64,000 nucleotides of DNA from NCBI GenBank assembly GCA_025782395.1, contig JALGZD010000219.1, positions 205,560-269,559 of the forward strand, in the 5' to 3' direction. A program made the position numbers and the translations under genes. The stretch's first letter is position 1, and each line of letters begins with the position of its first letter. This document shows positions 18,521-28,273 of the stretch, one piece after another. The DNA is from a bacterium (GTDB lineage: Bacteria; Joyebacterota; Joyebacteria; Joyebacterales; Joyebacteraceae). A model generated the notes under the pieces. The model searched no databases. It was given only the letters and a program-made list of their open reading frames with translations, and was not told the origin of the DNA.

Positions 18521-19837
18521 ATGACGAGAGATGACGTGCTCGCCAAGGTTGAGGAGCGTGGAATTGGATTCGTACGCCTGCTTTTCGCTGATATCGCCGG
18601 CTTCCCCAAGTGCGTGTCGATACCCAGCCGCGAGCTCAAGGAGGCGCTCGAGAACGGCAAGGGCTTCGACGGCTCGTCGATCGAGGGATTCACGCGAATC
18701 CACGAGAGCGACATGATCGCAATGCCCGATCCTTCCACGTTCAAGATGGTCCCGTGGGACGGCAAAGATGAGGAGGCGATACTCTTCTGCGACATCCTTG
18801 TTCCGGACGGCAGTCCGTATCCAGGGGACCCGCGATTCGTGCTCAAGCGCGTTCTCGAAGGAGTTGAAGAGCGCAAGTGGACGTTCAACATCGGCACGGA
18901 GATCGAGTACTTCTATTTCAGAAGTTCGGAGTATCCGGAGGTTCTCGATCACGCCGGCTACTTCGACCTCACGCCGCCGGACCTCGGTGAGGAGCTTCGG
19001 AAGAAAACCATGATGACGCTTCACTCGCTCGGCATTCCGGTCGAGTACTCGCACCACGAAGTAGCACCCAGCCAGCATGAGATCGATCTCAAGTACAAAG
19101 ATGCCCTGGCGATGGCCGACGACACTATGCTCTGCAAGCTGGTCGTCAAGGAGGTCGCGCGGAAAGAGGGCGTCTACGCCACGTTCATGCCAAAGCCGAT
19201 ATTCGGCGAGAACGGAAGCGGAATGCACACTCACCAGTCGATCTTCGACGGTGACAGGAACCTCTTCCACGATAAGAGCGACCCGCAGCATCTCTCATCC
19301 ACGGCAAGAGCCTACGTCGAGGGAATCCTCAGGCACGCGAGAGAGATCGCGATCGTCACCAACCAGTGGGTGAACTCGTACAAGCGTCTTGTGCCCGGAT
19401 ATGAGGCGCCCGTCTACGTCTCGTGGGCGCAGCGCAATCGCTCCACGCTCGTCCGTGTCCCTCAGTACAGGCCGGGCCACGAGCTCTCGACAAGGATCGA
19501 GCTCCGATGCCCCGACTCGGCCTGCAATCCGTATCTGGCCTTCGCGGCCATGCTCGCCGCAGGTCTCGAGGGAATCGAGAAGAAGTATGAACTGAGAGAC
19601 GGCGTTGAAGCCAACATCTACACGATGACGTCAGATGAGCGGAACGAACGGGGCATCGGCGTGCTTCCGGGCAGTCTTGGCGAAGCGATCGGGGCAGCCA
19701 GGAAGAGCGACATCCTCCGTGAGACTCTCGGGGACGAGACGTTCGAGAAGCTTCTCAGAAACAAGACGGCGCTCTGGGACGACTACAGGAGCATCGTCAC
19801 ACCGTACGAGATGGAGAAGGACCTGCCGGTACTGTAG
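18521..19837 (+). CDS. glnA: Glutamine synthetase, type I.
   Basis: N-terminal beta-grasp (FVRLLFADIAGF...FDGSSIEGF) and catalytic-domain motifs; 438 aa. Confidence 0.85.
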   Translation: MTRDDVLAKVEERGIGFVRLLFADIAGFPKCVSIPSRELKEALENGKGFDGSSIEGFTRIHESDMIAMPDPSTFKMVPWDGKDEEAILFCDILVPDGSPYPGDPRFVLKRVLEGVEERKWTFNIGTEIEYFYFRSSEYPEVLDHAGYFDLTPPDLGEELRKKTMMTLHSLGIPVEYSHHEVAPSQHEIDLKYKDALAMADDTMLCKLVVKEVARKEGVYATFMPKPIFGENGSGMHTHQSIFDGDRNLFHDKSDPQHLSSTARAYVEGILRHAREIAIVTNQWVNSYKRLVPGYEAPVYVSWAQRNRSTLVRVPQYRPGHELSTRIELRCPDSACNPYLAFAAMLAAGLEGIEKKYELRDGVEANIYTMTSDERNERGIGVLPGSLGEAIGAARKSDILRETLGDETFEKLLRNKTALWDDYRSIVTPYEMEKDLPVL

Positions 19838-19896
19838 TGCTGCAGGTGAGTGGTCCCAACCGCGCCAAGGGATCGCTCCCTGCTCTGCACATAATT

Positions 19897-21081
19897 ATGG
19901 GGGAACCCGCGAGGAGGTGGATTTTGACACGCAAGCTTGCACTCCTTACCGTGGCAATCGTCCTGAGCTCGCTTCTGGCCTCCTGCGGCGGAAGTGACCC
20001 TGCCGGGATTGATCCGGACGACACACAGCCCCCGACGGTCATCGCGACGAGCATCGCTGACGGCGCCACGGATGTGAGCCTGATCGAGAGGATTGAATTC
20101 ACCTTCTCCGAGAACATGGACCCGGCGACCATCAACGATACGACCATCCTTGTCGCCGGACGCACACCACATGGCATCGTGGAATATGACACCTCCTCCC
20201 GCACTGCCAGTATCGTTCCAGACACGCTCTACAATGCGGAGATCTGGCACTCGGCGAAGGTGACCGTGGGAGCGACGGACGCCGCAGGCAACCCCGCCGT
20301 CCCGGAGACTCTTTCGTTCCAGACTGGCACGCTCGACCGTGAGCACGTGGTGGACTGGATGGAGCCGAACGAGACTGTGGCCGAGGCAGCACCGGTGAGC
20401 CTGGATGTGCTGTACCACACACTCTCCGGATGTGACACCGACGATGACTACTACGAGTTCATGTTGACCGAGCCGAAGAAGGTCACCGCCAGGACACCCA
20501 TCATCTATGCGCCGATCGTTGATCGAAGTCCGGGCTGGAACATACATTTCATTCGGGAAAACGACGATGCGTACTCAACCATGGGAACGTCCGCCTGTGC
20601 CGGGCAGACTCCCAGCTACTCCTATACATTTCTCCCCGGCACGTACTACGTGAGGATTTTCAACAGCTGCGGACTCGAAGACAGCGGCTTCATTCTGTAC
20701 GACCTGGAGCTAGAGACCGGGATTCCGTGCCAGGACGACGCGTACGAAGACAATGACTTTGAGGACGAAGCGGTGGCGCTGGCAATAGGGCAGCATGATG
20801 GGCTCAGAGGTTGCCACTGTGATGTCGACTATTTCACCTTCGAGATGGCGGCAGGAGACACGCTGACTGTCACGGTGGATGCGTCCTTCCCCCCGGATGC
20901 CTGGGAGCACAGGCGAATTTACCTATGGCCACCAGACGGTGGTGACAGCGGATATTACCAGGGAACCGACAACCCGAACACACTCAAGGTGACCTCGACA
21001 GCTGCCGGACCGGCCAGGTTCAAGCTCAGGTTCTGGGTTGACGACGTGGAATACTCGCTGGATGCGGCCATCTCCAGGTGA
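19897..21081 (+). CDS. Lipoprotein with an SbsA-Ig-like (Big_5) N-domain and a PPC (pre-peptidase C-terminal) domain.
   Basis: Lipobox LLASCGG; PPTVIATSIADGATDV...FTFSENMDPATI (Big_5-like); C-terminal DAYEDNDFEDEAVAL...DVDYFTF (PPC signature). Confidence 0.55.
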   Translation: MGEPARRWILTRKLALLTVAIVLSSLLASCGGSDPAGIDPDDTQPPTVIATSIADGATDVSLIERIEFTFSENMDPATINDTTILVAGRTPHGIVEYDTSSRTASIVPDTLYNAEIWHSAKVTVGATDAAGNPAVPETLSFQTGTLDREHVVDWMEPNETVAEAAPVSLDVLYHTLSGCDTDDDYYEFMLTEPKKVTARTPIIYAPIVDRSPGWNIHFIRENDDAYSTMGTSACAGQTPSYSYTFLPGTYYVRIFNSCGLEDSGFILYDLELETGIPCQDDAYEDNDFEDEAVALAIGQHDGLRGCHCDVDYFTFEMAAGDTLTVTVDASFPPDAWEHRRIYLWPPDGGDSGYYQGTDNPNTLKVTSTAAGPARFKLRFWVDDVEYSLDAAISR

Positions 21082-21284
21082 CAGGTGCGCCGTAGGCAGC
21101 ACTCCACGGCACCAAGTCCAATGCTGCTTTACATCCCTCTCGTGAGCCTATAAACTCATTGGGCTAACGCTTCTTTCCCAAATGCGATTCACAAAGGCTT
21201 GCGCCTTCCCTCTCACCGTACTGGTGAAGGCGCGTGGCAGAGTCCCGCCTGATTCAATCGAGCGGGCGCCGTTAAGGAGGCCGC

Positions 21285-23030
21285 ATGCGCGTTCTACTCT
21301 CAGGCAATGAGGCCGTGGCTCGCGGTTGCTACGAGCATGGTGTTAGGGTCGCCACGGCCTATCCGGGCACCCCCTCCACGGAGATCCTGGAGAACGTCGT
21401 CAAGTACAAGGACGATATCTATTGTCAGTGGTCGCCGAACGAGAAGGTCGCGTTCGAGGTGGCAATGGGCGCCTCGTTCGGTGGTGTCAGAACACTCGTG
21501 GCGATGAAGCACGTCGGGCTGAACGTCGCCGCCGACCCTCTCATGACATCGACGTCCGTCGGCGGAGATGGTGGGTTTGTGATCGTCACGGCAGATGACC
21601 CCGGCATGCATTCGTCGCAGAACGAGCAGGACAATCGCTACTATGCCAAGTTCGCTAAGATCCCGCTCGTCGAACCATCCGATTCGCAGGAGGTCCTGGA
21701 CTTCCTCGGCACCGCCTACGAGATCTCCGAGCAGTTCGGAACGCCCGTGCTCTTCCGACTCACGACCCGCCTCTCGCACGCGAAGACCCCGGTTGAGCTG
21801 GGCGAGCGCAAAGAAGTGGCACAGAAGGAGTACGTGAAGGACACATCCTTCCGCGTCGTCATCCCCGCACATGCCCGGAAGCTTCATGTCAAGGTTGAGA
21901 AGCGTCTCGAATCGATTCGGGAGTATGCCGAGACCAGCCCTCTCAACAAGGTCACTGAGGGCGACCCGAAGGTCGGTGTCATCTCGAGCGGTATCTCGTA
22001 CCAGTACGCGCGCGACGCCTTTCCAGAGGCCACATTCCTCAAGCTCGGTCTCAGCTATCCTTTTCCCATCGAGCTCGCGAGGAAGTTCTGCGAGCGGTTC
22101 GAGACCGTGTATGTGGTTGAGGAGAACGAGCCCTTCATCGAGGAGTTCCTCAGGTACGCGGGAATCACCAACATCCTTGGAAGAGAGAGGATCCCAAGCT
22201 GCGGAGAGTTGAACCAGCGGATAGTGCGCGACTCGATCTCCGGCGAGGACACTGCAGGTGAGAAGACCTCCGTATCGCCTCGCCCGCCGGTGCTCTGCCC
22301 GGGCTGCCCCCACAGAAGCACGTTCTACACTCTCAACCGCCTCAAGATCGGCTCGACGTCCGACATCGGGTGCTACACGCTCGGCGTCATGCCGCCGCTC
22401 GAGGGAATCGACACGTGCATCTGCATGGGTGCGTCGATCGGCAACTCCCTCGGCATGGAGAAGGCGATCGGCAAGGAATTTGCGAAGAAGATGGTCGCCG
22501 TCATCGGCGATTCGACGTTTGTGCACTCAGGAATGACAGGCCTGGCTGATGTGGCTTACAACAAGGGTTCCACAACAGTCATCGTCCTCGATAACTCAAT
22601 CACAGCGATGACGGGACACCAGGAGCACGCAGGAACAGGGACGACACTCATGGGCGAGCCGACCACCAAGCTCGACTACATCAAGCTCGCCGAGAGCGTG
22701 GGGATCGGGAATGCCAGACGCGTGGATGCCTTCGAGATGGAGGCCGTCAAGGCCGCCATCAAGGAGGCGACCGATAGCGACGAGGCAACCCTGCTCGTGA
22801 TGGAAGGCCCGTGTGCCCTGCAGGCTCGAAGCCAGTGGGGGCCGGCGTTCGTGGTCGATTCCGAGAAGTGCACGGCCTGTGGGCTCTGCCTGAGACTCGG
22901 TTGCCCTGCCATCAGCAAGGACGAGAACGGGAAAGCTACGATCAACCCGCTCTTCTGCGTCGGTGAGTTCTGCTCGATGTGCGCCCAGGTGTGCCCGGTA
23001 GATTGCATCGCGGTTCCTGACAAGTCCTGA
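21285..23030 (+). CDS. iorA: Indolepyruvate:ferredoxin oxidoreductase alpha subunit.
   Basis: N-terminus LLSGNEAVARGCYEHGV..AYPGTPSTEI, a TPP-binding region and a C-terminal ferredoxin-like Cys cluster (CTACGLC...CP...CSMCAQVCP). Confidence 0.85.
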   Translation: MRVLLSGNEAVARGCYEHGVRVATAYPGTPSTEILENVVKYKDDIYCQWSPNEKVAFEVAMGASFGGVRTLVAMKHVGLNVAADPLMTSTSVGGDGGFVIVTADDPGMHSSQNEQDNRYYAKFAKIPLVEPSDSQEVLDFLGTAYEISEQFGTPVLFRLTTRLSHAKTPVELGERKEVAQKEYVKDTSFRVVIPAHARKLHVKVEKRLESIREYAETSPLNKVTEGDPKVGVISSGISYQYARDAFPEATFLKLGLSYPFPIELARKFCERFETVYVVEENEPFIEEFLRYAGITNILGRERIPSCGELNQRIVRDSISGEDTAGEKTSVSPRPPVLCPGCPHRSTFYTLNRLKIGSTSDIGCYTLGVMPPLEGIDTCICMGASIGNSLGMEKAIGKEFAKKMVAVIGDSTFVHSGMTGLADVAYNKGSTTVIVLDNSITAMTGHQEHAGTGTTLMGEPTTKLDYIKLAESVGIGNARRVDAFEMEAVKAAIKEATDSDEATLLVMEGPCALQARSQWGPAFVVDSEKCTACGLCLRLGCPAISKDENGKATINPLFCVGEFCSMCAQVCPVDCIAVPDKS

Positions 23031-23055
23031 CCGACGTCACGTGGAGGAGACTCAG

Positions 23056-23631
23056 ATGGCGAACAAGACAACAGACGTTTTCATCTGCGGCGTCGGCGGG
23101 CAGGGAATCCTCCTTGCCAGCGAGATCCTGTCGGACGTGGCGCTCGCAAAGGGCCTCGACATCAAGAAGAGCGAAGTTCATGGAATGGCGCAGCGGGGCG
23201 GCTCTGTGGTTAGTCACGTCAGGTACGGTGAAGCCATCTATTCGCCCGTCATCACCGAAGGTCAAGCCGACATCCTCGCATCGTTCGAGAAGATGGAAGC
23301 GCTGCGCTGGATTCAGTTTGTGAAGCCCGGCGGCAAGGTCATCGTCAACTCGCAGGAGATTCTTCCCAGCGGGATGGAGACCTATCCCCCGACCATCGAC
23401 CGCAAGATCCGTGAGCGCGTTCCTGACGCTATGTTTGTTGACGCCCTCACGCTTGCCAAGGAGGCGGGTCACCTGCGTGCGGTCAACATCGTCATGCTCG
23501 GCGCGTTCTCCAACTTCCTCAAGTTCACCGAGGACGAGTGGAAGGCGGCCATCGAGGCGCGCGTGCCGAAGAAGACGATCGAGATCAATCTTGAAGCCTT
23601 CGAGCTTGGTCGCGCGGCCGTCTCCGGTTAG
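23056..23631 (+). CDS. iorB: Indolepyruvate:ferredoxin oxidoreductase beta subunit.
   Basis: VFICGVGGQGILLAS...EVHGMAQRGGSV is typical of IorB / the OFOR gamma-like subunit. It lies directly downstream of iorA. Confidence 0.8.
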   Translation: MANKTTDVFICGVGGQGILLASEILSDVALAKGLDIKKSEVHGMAQRGGSVVSHVRYGEAIYSPVITEGQADILASFEKMEALRWIQFVKPGGKVIVNSQEILPSGMETYPPTIDRKIRERVPDAMFVDALTLAKEAGHLRAVNIVMLGAFSNFLKFTEDEWKAAIEARVPKKTIEINLEAFELGRAAVSG

Positions 23632-23688
23632 CTGCTCGCGGCGAACAGGTGGACGGCCCGGCCCAGATGCGAGAATCGTGGAGATGCG

Positions 23689-24414
23689 ATGACAGGGAAG
23701 TCAGGCAGGGCCGGCGGCGCAAACGATGTGCTGGGGCCGTGGGATGAGAGCCCGGCTGACGTGCGAAAGCGTGCGCTCAGAATCCTGCGTTCCCTCAAGA
23801 AGGCATATCCCGATGCGCACGTTCCCCTCAATTACTCCTCCCCTCTCGAACTCATGGTCGCGACCATTCTATCGGCGCAGTGCACGGACAAGCGGGTCAA
23901 CGATGTCACCGCTCCTCTGTTCAGGAAGTACCGTGAGCCGATCGACTGGGCTGGCGCTTCGCAAGATGTTCTCGAGGATGAGATTCGGACGACGGGGTTT
24001 TTCCGCAACAAGGCCAGGGCGATCAGAGAGAGCACGGCCGACCTCATCGACAAGCACGGAGGCAAGGTGCCGAATACGATAGAGGAGCTGACCGCGCTCC
24101 GGGGCATCGGGAGAAAATCCGCCAATGTGCTCCTGGCCTATGCGTTCGATAGCCAGGGCATCATCGTCGACACGCACTTCAAACGCATCGCACGACGACT
24201 CGGCATGACGGCGGAGATGGACCCGGTGAAGATAGAGTTCGAGTTGCAGGTGGTTGTCCCGAAGCGCCGCTGGTCCGACTTCTCCCTCTTCGTGAACTGG
24301 CACGGGCGAGAAACCTGCTACGCACGGAAGCCTGAGTGCGGACGTTGTGCCATAGCCAAGGACTGCCCGGCGCGGGAGTCGCTCGGTGAGATCACCTGGA
24401 ACGTGAAGACATAG
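23689..24414 (+). CDS. nth: Endonuclease III (DNA glycosylase/AP lyase).
   Basis: HhH-GPD motif (LTALRGIGRKSANVLL), catalytic Lys/Asp region and C-terminal 4Fe-4S loop CYARKPECGRCAIAKDC. Confidence 0.85.
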   Translation: MTGKSGRAGGANDVLGPWDESPADVRKRALRILRSLKKAYPDAHVPLNYSSPLELMVATILSAQCTDKRVNDVTAPLFRKYREPIDWAGASQDVLEDEIRTTGFFRNKARAIRESTADLIDKHGGKVPNTIEELTALRGIGRKSANVLLAYAFDSQGIIVDTHFKRIARRLGMTAEMDPVKIEFELQVVVPKRRWSDFSLFVNWHGRETCYARKPECGRCAIAKDCPARESLGEITWNVKT

Positions 24415-24466
24415 CAACGGGGCCGGACATAGTCCGACCCCTCTCAATTTGCACCGTACATGCCAT

Positions 24467-24652
24467 CTAGTCTATCTCGATGGCCTCCACGGGGCAGCTC
24501 TCAGCCGCTTCTCTCGCGGCGTCCTCATCACCCTCAGGTACGACATCCACCTTGGTAATCGCTTTGTCGTCGTCCATTTCGAACACACTCGGGCAGATAT
24601 CAAAGCAGATGCCACATCCGATGCAGGTATCCTTGTCGACACTCGCCTTCAT
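24467..24652 (-). CDS. Small single-cluster ferredoxin (61 aa).
   Basis: CIGCGICFDICP...CP motif; acidic; the size is typical of Fdx-type ferredoxins. Confidence 0.7.
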   Translation of the reverse strand: MKASVDKDTCIGCGICFDICPSVFEMDDDKAITKVDVVPEGDEDAAREAAESCPVEAIEID

Positions 24653-24859
24653 ACACCCTCCTGTCCCCGTTGATACTCCGGTCAGTTGCTACAATCCGTG
24701 TAGTTTGATGCCATTCGGCCGCGATGGATTCACCGCTCTCCCAGCCAGCGCATTCGTGAACGCAGGCCGTAGAACATGGCGTCGATGCCCCGTCTCGCCG
24801 CTATTGTCTGCCGGGCGGCCTTGCAGTAGGATGGAAGATGTCGGCAGTGGTTCGTCGAC

Positions 24860-27800
24860 ATGAAGATGATCCTGCGCGAAGACGGCCAGGAGCCGTTTCC
24901 GCGCAGGTCGAAGCGCACCCCCCATCGGAAGTCCCGCAAGATGACGGACAAACAGAACCGAGCCCAGCCTGGATCGATGCTCATCACCGGTGAGTTCCAT
25001 TCGGGACTTGAGGATGCGCTTCTTACGCACCTCAAGGAAGCCCTGGAAGCCGCCCCACTCCACGCCAGCACCGTCGTTGTCCCAGGCAACCTTCTCGGCA
25101 TCAGGCTCTCGCGAGAGCTGGCCCGAGCAACCGGTGGCCACGCGAACGTGAGATTCGTCACGCTCAAGGACCTTGCCCTCTCGGTCTCCGCGAGTGCGGT
25201 GTCCGGCAACGCGGTGTCCCGGAACGTGATGCCCGGCAACGCGGTGTCCCGGAACGTGGTGCCCGGCAGCGCGGCGCCCCGGAACGCGGTGTCCGCGAGC
25301 GCAGCGTGCGGAGGACGGGCGCTTCTTCCGAAGCGGGGCGACGAGCTGATGATCCGTCGGCTCCTCGATGAGGGGATCGCCGACAACGGTTACTTCGCCG
25401 CGATCGCTGACCGGCCTGGCCTCGCCACGGCTCTGAGAGACGCCATTACGAGTCTCAAGGAGGCGGGCTACGAACCGAACTCGCTCAGCGAATCTGCGAA
25501 GCTCGCCCATCTGCCCGGCCGGTCGAAGTCGGGCAAAATCGCGGAGCTGACGAAGATATGGAAGGCGTACGAGCGCGAGCTCCGCGATGGCGGATGGATC
25601 GACCACGCCGATATGATGTCGGCGGCGGTGGACCACATCATGGCAGAGCCCGCAATCGCTCCTTCTCCTTTCACTCTCTACGGCTTCTACGACCTGAACT
25701 CGCTTCAGAGGCGATTGGTTGCCGCGTGCACTGCCGCGAGTAAAGCAACCGTTTTCTTCCCCTATCTCGATATCGAGGACTGGACCTACGCGCGACCGAC
25801 ACTCGACTGGTTTCTCTCACTCGGGTTCGAGCGGAGTTCGCTTCCCGAGGTGGGCGCGCGCGACGTTCCACTCCCAGCTGAGACTCTGATCATCTCAGCG
25901 CCGGGCGAGGCCAGGGAAGTAAGGGAAGACGTCCGAGCGCTCGCCGTCGAGCTGGACGGCTGCGGAGCGCCGTTCCAGGATGTCGCCATTCTCACACGCA
26001 CACCATCCCTCTACTCCGAGCTCTTTGCAGAAGAACTGGAGCTTCTCGACGCGGAGCCCTACGTCGAGACCCCGCGGCCGCTGGCGCGAACACGTCCCGG
26101 CATGAGTCTGGTCAGACTCATACGAGCCGTGGAGTCGGACTTTGCCCGGACTGAGATCATCGAGCTTCTGAGTGTGGCCGACTTCGACCCCGACAATGTC
26201 GCGTTCGAGGGCGATTCCGCGCCGGTCGGAGACTGGGCCAAGGCCGCTGCGCTCGCGGGCATCACCACTGGAGCAGCGTCCTGGACGAAAAGACTCCGCT
26301 CGCTGCTCTCTCGTGTGGAAGGAGCTCCACCAGGCAGCAGGTTCGGCGATAGACACGCTCACATGGGCGGCGCCATCCGCTCGTTTCTCTCTCTTCTGGA
26401 AGACCTTCTCCCCCAGCTCGAGGCCGTCCCCTCACGAGCCACAGTGGAGAGATACACCCATGCGTTCTCGAAAACGCTGACTGCCTGGACAAGGGACACA
26501 CGAGAGAGGGAATCCGTTCTCGCGACCATAGAGGGATTGAAGGCCCTGTCAAAGATCGCGGGCAGGATCACGCTCGCGCGCTTCGGCGAGCTTGTACGCG
26601 CGGCTCTCGATGAACCCGGTCCCCGCTCCGCGAGATTCGGTCAAGGTGGACCAACCGTTCTCAACCTCATGTCGGCCAGAGGGCTTCCCTATCCGGTTGT
26701 CATCGTTCCGGGCCTGGTGGAAAAGCAGTTTCCCCTTGGCCGCCGTCAGGATCCCATTCTGCTCGACCGCGAGCGTCTGGAACTGAACGCGGCCCGACAG
26801 AACGATCCCCTCCATCTCCTTCCCATCAAGGGAGAGGGCATCAGTGAGGAGAAGCTGCTCTTCCGACTCGCGGTCTCCGCCGCGACCGGGCTCCTCATCC
26901 TGAGCTACCCTCGTCTGGATCCGGCCACAGCCAGACCACGGATCCCGTCGGTCTTCATGCTGCGTACGCTTGAGGCGATGACGCACAAGCCCCAGGATTA
27001 CAGATCCTTCGAATCGAGTCCGCTTGTGACGAGGATCTCCCTCTCGAGGCGTTTCCCGAAGGAGCGAGCGCACGCCCTCACCGAGCACGAATTCGACGGA
27101 TGTTCGATCCTCAACGCTATGGAAGGCGCCGGAGCCGAGGAGATGGCGTACCTCATTCGCGAGGCGGGGCCGCTCCCGAGACGCATCGAGATGGAGACGA
27201 CACGGTGGACAACGCCGGGATTCACGAGATTCGACGGTGCGCTGGAATCGAAGGAGGCTCTAGCCGCGGCGCGCGAGCTCTCGGGCTTTCGAAGGGACGG
27301 ACTCGCGCCCGGAAAGCGCATCTCTCCGACATCGCTTGAGAGCTACGCATCCTGCCCGTTCAAGTACTTCCTTGAGCGTGTCCTCGATATCGAGCCGATA
27401 GACGAGCCCGAGGAAGCGCTTGAGCTCTCACCGCTCGAACGGGGCAGCCTCTACCATGGAATTCTCGAGAAGTTCATGAGGGGCCTGCGAGACTCAGACC
27501 GGCTCCCGCCCTCGGCGGGCAACCTTGAGGAACTCCTCCGGATAGCCCGGCAACTCCTGGAGGGGAGCGGACAGTACCTGTCTGGATATGCCGGAGCACG
27601 AGATCTGGAACTCAAGCGACTCAGGGTCAACCTGGCCCTGTGGCTGGCGGCCGAGTTGAGAGAGAACGGCGGCTTCGTGCCGACGTATTTCGAGACTCGA
27701 TTCGGCGGTGAACCGCGGCGCGGCGATGACCCCGAGCTTTCTCTCTCTGACGGCGTGCCTTTCGAGGCCTTCGGCGGAGTTAGAGTAGAGTTCAGCGGCA

Positions 27801-28273
27801 AGATAGACAGAATAGACATCGCTCCCCATACGGGAAAGGCCCGCGTCATTGACTACAAGACAGGCAAGAGGTGGTCGCGTGGCAAGAAGAACGCGAAGAT
27901 GCTCGAGCAAGGCAAGCGCCTGCAGCTTCCCATCTATGTCCTCGCCGCCCAGCGCATGCTCGCAGATGGAAGCCCCGGGACTAAGGTCGAGCTGGCCGAA
28001 TACCGCTACATCTCCTCCCCGGGAGGTGTCACTACAACTACCCTCACATCTGCGGAACTCGAAGAGCGCACGGAAGATCTCTCCAAGGCCATCGGTTTCA
28101 TCGTTCATTGCATCTCCCGCGGTCTCTTCTTCCCTTACCCCAGCGATGAACGACGGTGCAGGAACTGCGACTACGCGGACGCGTGTGCGTCCACGAGCCT
28201 CCCTTTGGCCCTCATGAAGAACGGTGACCCCAAGGCCGGGTCCTTCGTAAAGGGCTTGGGGGGAATCGATTGA
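24860..28273 (+). CDS. addB: AddB-type helicase-nuclease subunit B (PD-(D/E)XK nuclease with C-terminal Fe-S cysteines; degenerate ATP-binding site).
   Basis: 1137 aa immediately upstream of addA and overlapping it by 4 nt. C-terminal RecB-like nuclease with CRNCDYADAC. No Walker A. The likely true start is the internal MLITGEF. Contains a 30-bp in-frame tandem repeat at 25197-25301. Confidence 0.65.
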   Translation: MKMILREDGQEPFPRRSKRTPHRKSRKMTDKQNRAQPGSMLITGEFHSGLEDALLTHLKEALEAAPLHASTVVVPGNLLGIRLSRELARATGGHANVRFVTLKDLALSVSASAVSGNAVSRNVMPGNAVSRNVVPGSAAPRNAVSASAACGGRALLPKRGDELMIRRLLDEGIADNGYFAAIADRPGLATALRDAITSLKEAGYEPNSLSESAKLAHLPGRSKSGKIAELTKIWKAYERELRDGGWIDHADMMSAAVDHIMAEPAIAPSPFTLYGFYDLNSLQRRLVAACTAASKATVFFPYLDIEDWTYARPTLDWFLSLGFERSSLPEVGARDVPLPAETLIISAPGEAREVREDVRALAVELDGCGAPFQDVAILTRTPSLYSELFAEELELLDAEPYVETPRPLARTRPGMSLVRLIRAVESDFARTEIIELLSVADFDPDNVAFEGDSAPVGDWAKAAALAGITTGAASWTKRLRSLLSRVEGAPPGSRFGDRHAHMGGAIRSFLSLLEDLLPQLEAVPSRATVERYTHAFSKTLTAWTRDTRERESVLATIEGLKALSKIAGRITLARFGELVRAALDEPGPRSARFGQGGPTVLNLMSARGLPYPVVIVPGLVEKQFPLGRRQDPILLDRERLELNAARQNDPLHLLPIKGEGISEEKLLFRLAVSAATGLLILSYPRLDPATARPRIPSVFMLRTLEAMTHKPQDYRSFESSPLVTRISLSRRFPKERAHALTEHEFDGCSILNAMEGAGAEEMAYLIREAGPLPRRIEMETTRWTTPGFTRFDGALESKEALAAARELSGFRRDGLAPGKRISPTSLESYASCPFKYFLERVLDIEPIDEPEEALELSPLERGSLYHGILEKFMRGLRDSDRLPPSAGNLEELLRIARQLLEGSGQYLSGYAGARDLELKRLRVNLALWLAAELRENGGFVPTYFETRFGGEPRRGDDPELSLSDGVPFEAFGGVRVEFSGKIDRIDIAPHTGKARVIDYKTGKRWSRGKKNAKMLEQGKRLQLPIYVLAAQRMLADGSPGTKVELAEYRYISSPGGVTTTTLTSAELEERTEDLSKAIGFIVHCISRGLFFPYPSDERRCRNCDYADACASTSLPLALMKNGDPKAGSFVKGLGGID
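25197..25301. repeat. In-frame 30-bp tandem repeat (about 3.3 copies) inside addB, encoding AVSGN/AVSRNVMPGN/AVSRNVVPGS/AAPRNAVSAS.
   Basis: Read directly from the sequence: gcggtgtcccggaacgtgatgcccggcaac followed by gcggtgtcccggaacgtggtgcccggcagc, then a diverged third unit. Confidence 0.8.

Noticed and set aside
21081-21285. An AT-richer 200-bp intergenic region upstream of iorA with an imperfect hairpin (gcgccttc...gaaggcgc), examined for a riboswitch, sRNA or tRNA.
   Set aside because: No recognisable conserved RNA motif or cloverleaf. It is most simply the iorAB promoter or leader.
21300-22526. 408-aa antisense ORF inside iorA. Similar antisense ORFs lie inside glnA (18440..19291), rmlB (17440..18156), addB/addA (27494..28288, 28347..29237, 29818..30564), the M16 genes (47584..48291, 48366..49958) and the lyase (56750..57649).
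   Set aside because: All are opposite well-supported conserved genes and have Arg/Asp-rich low-complexity translations, which is an artefact of GC-rich codon usage.
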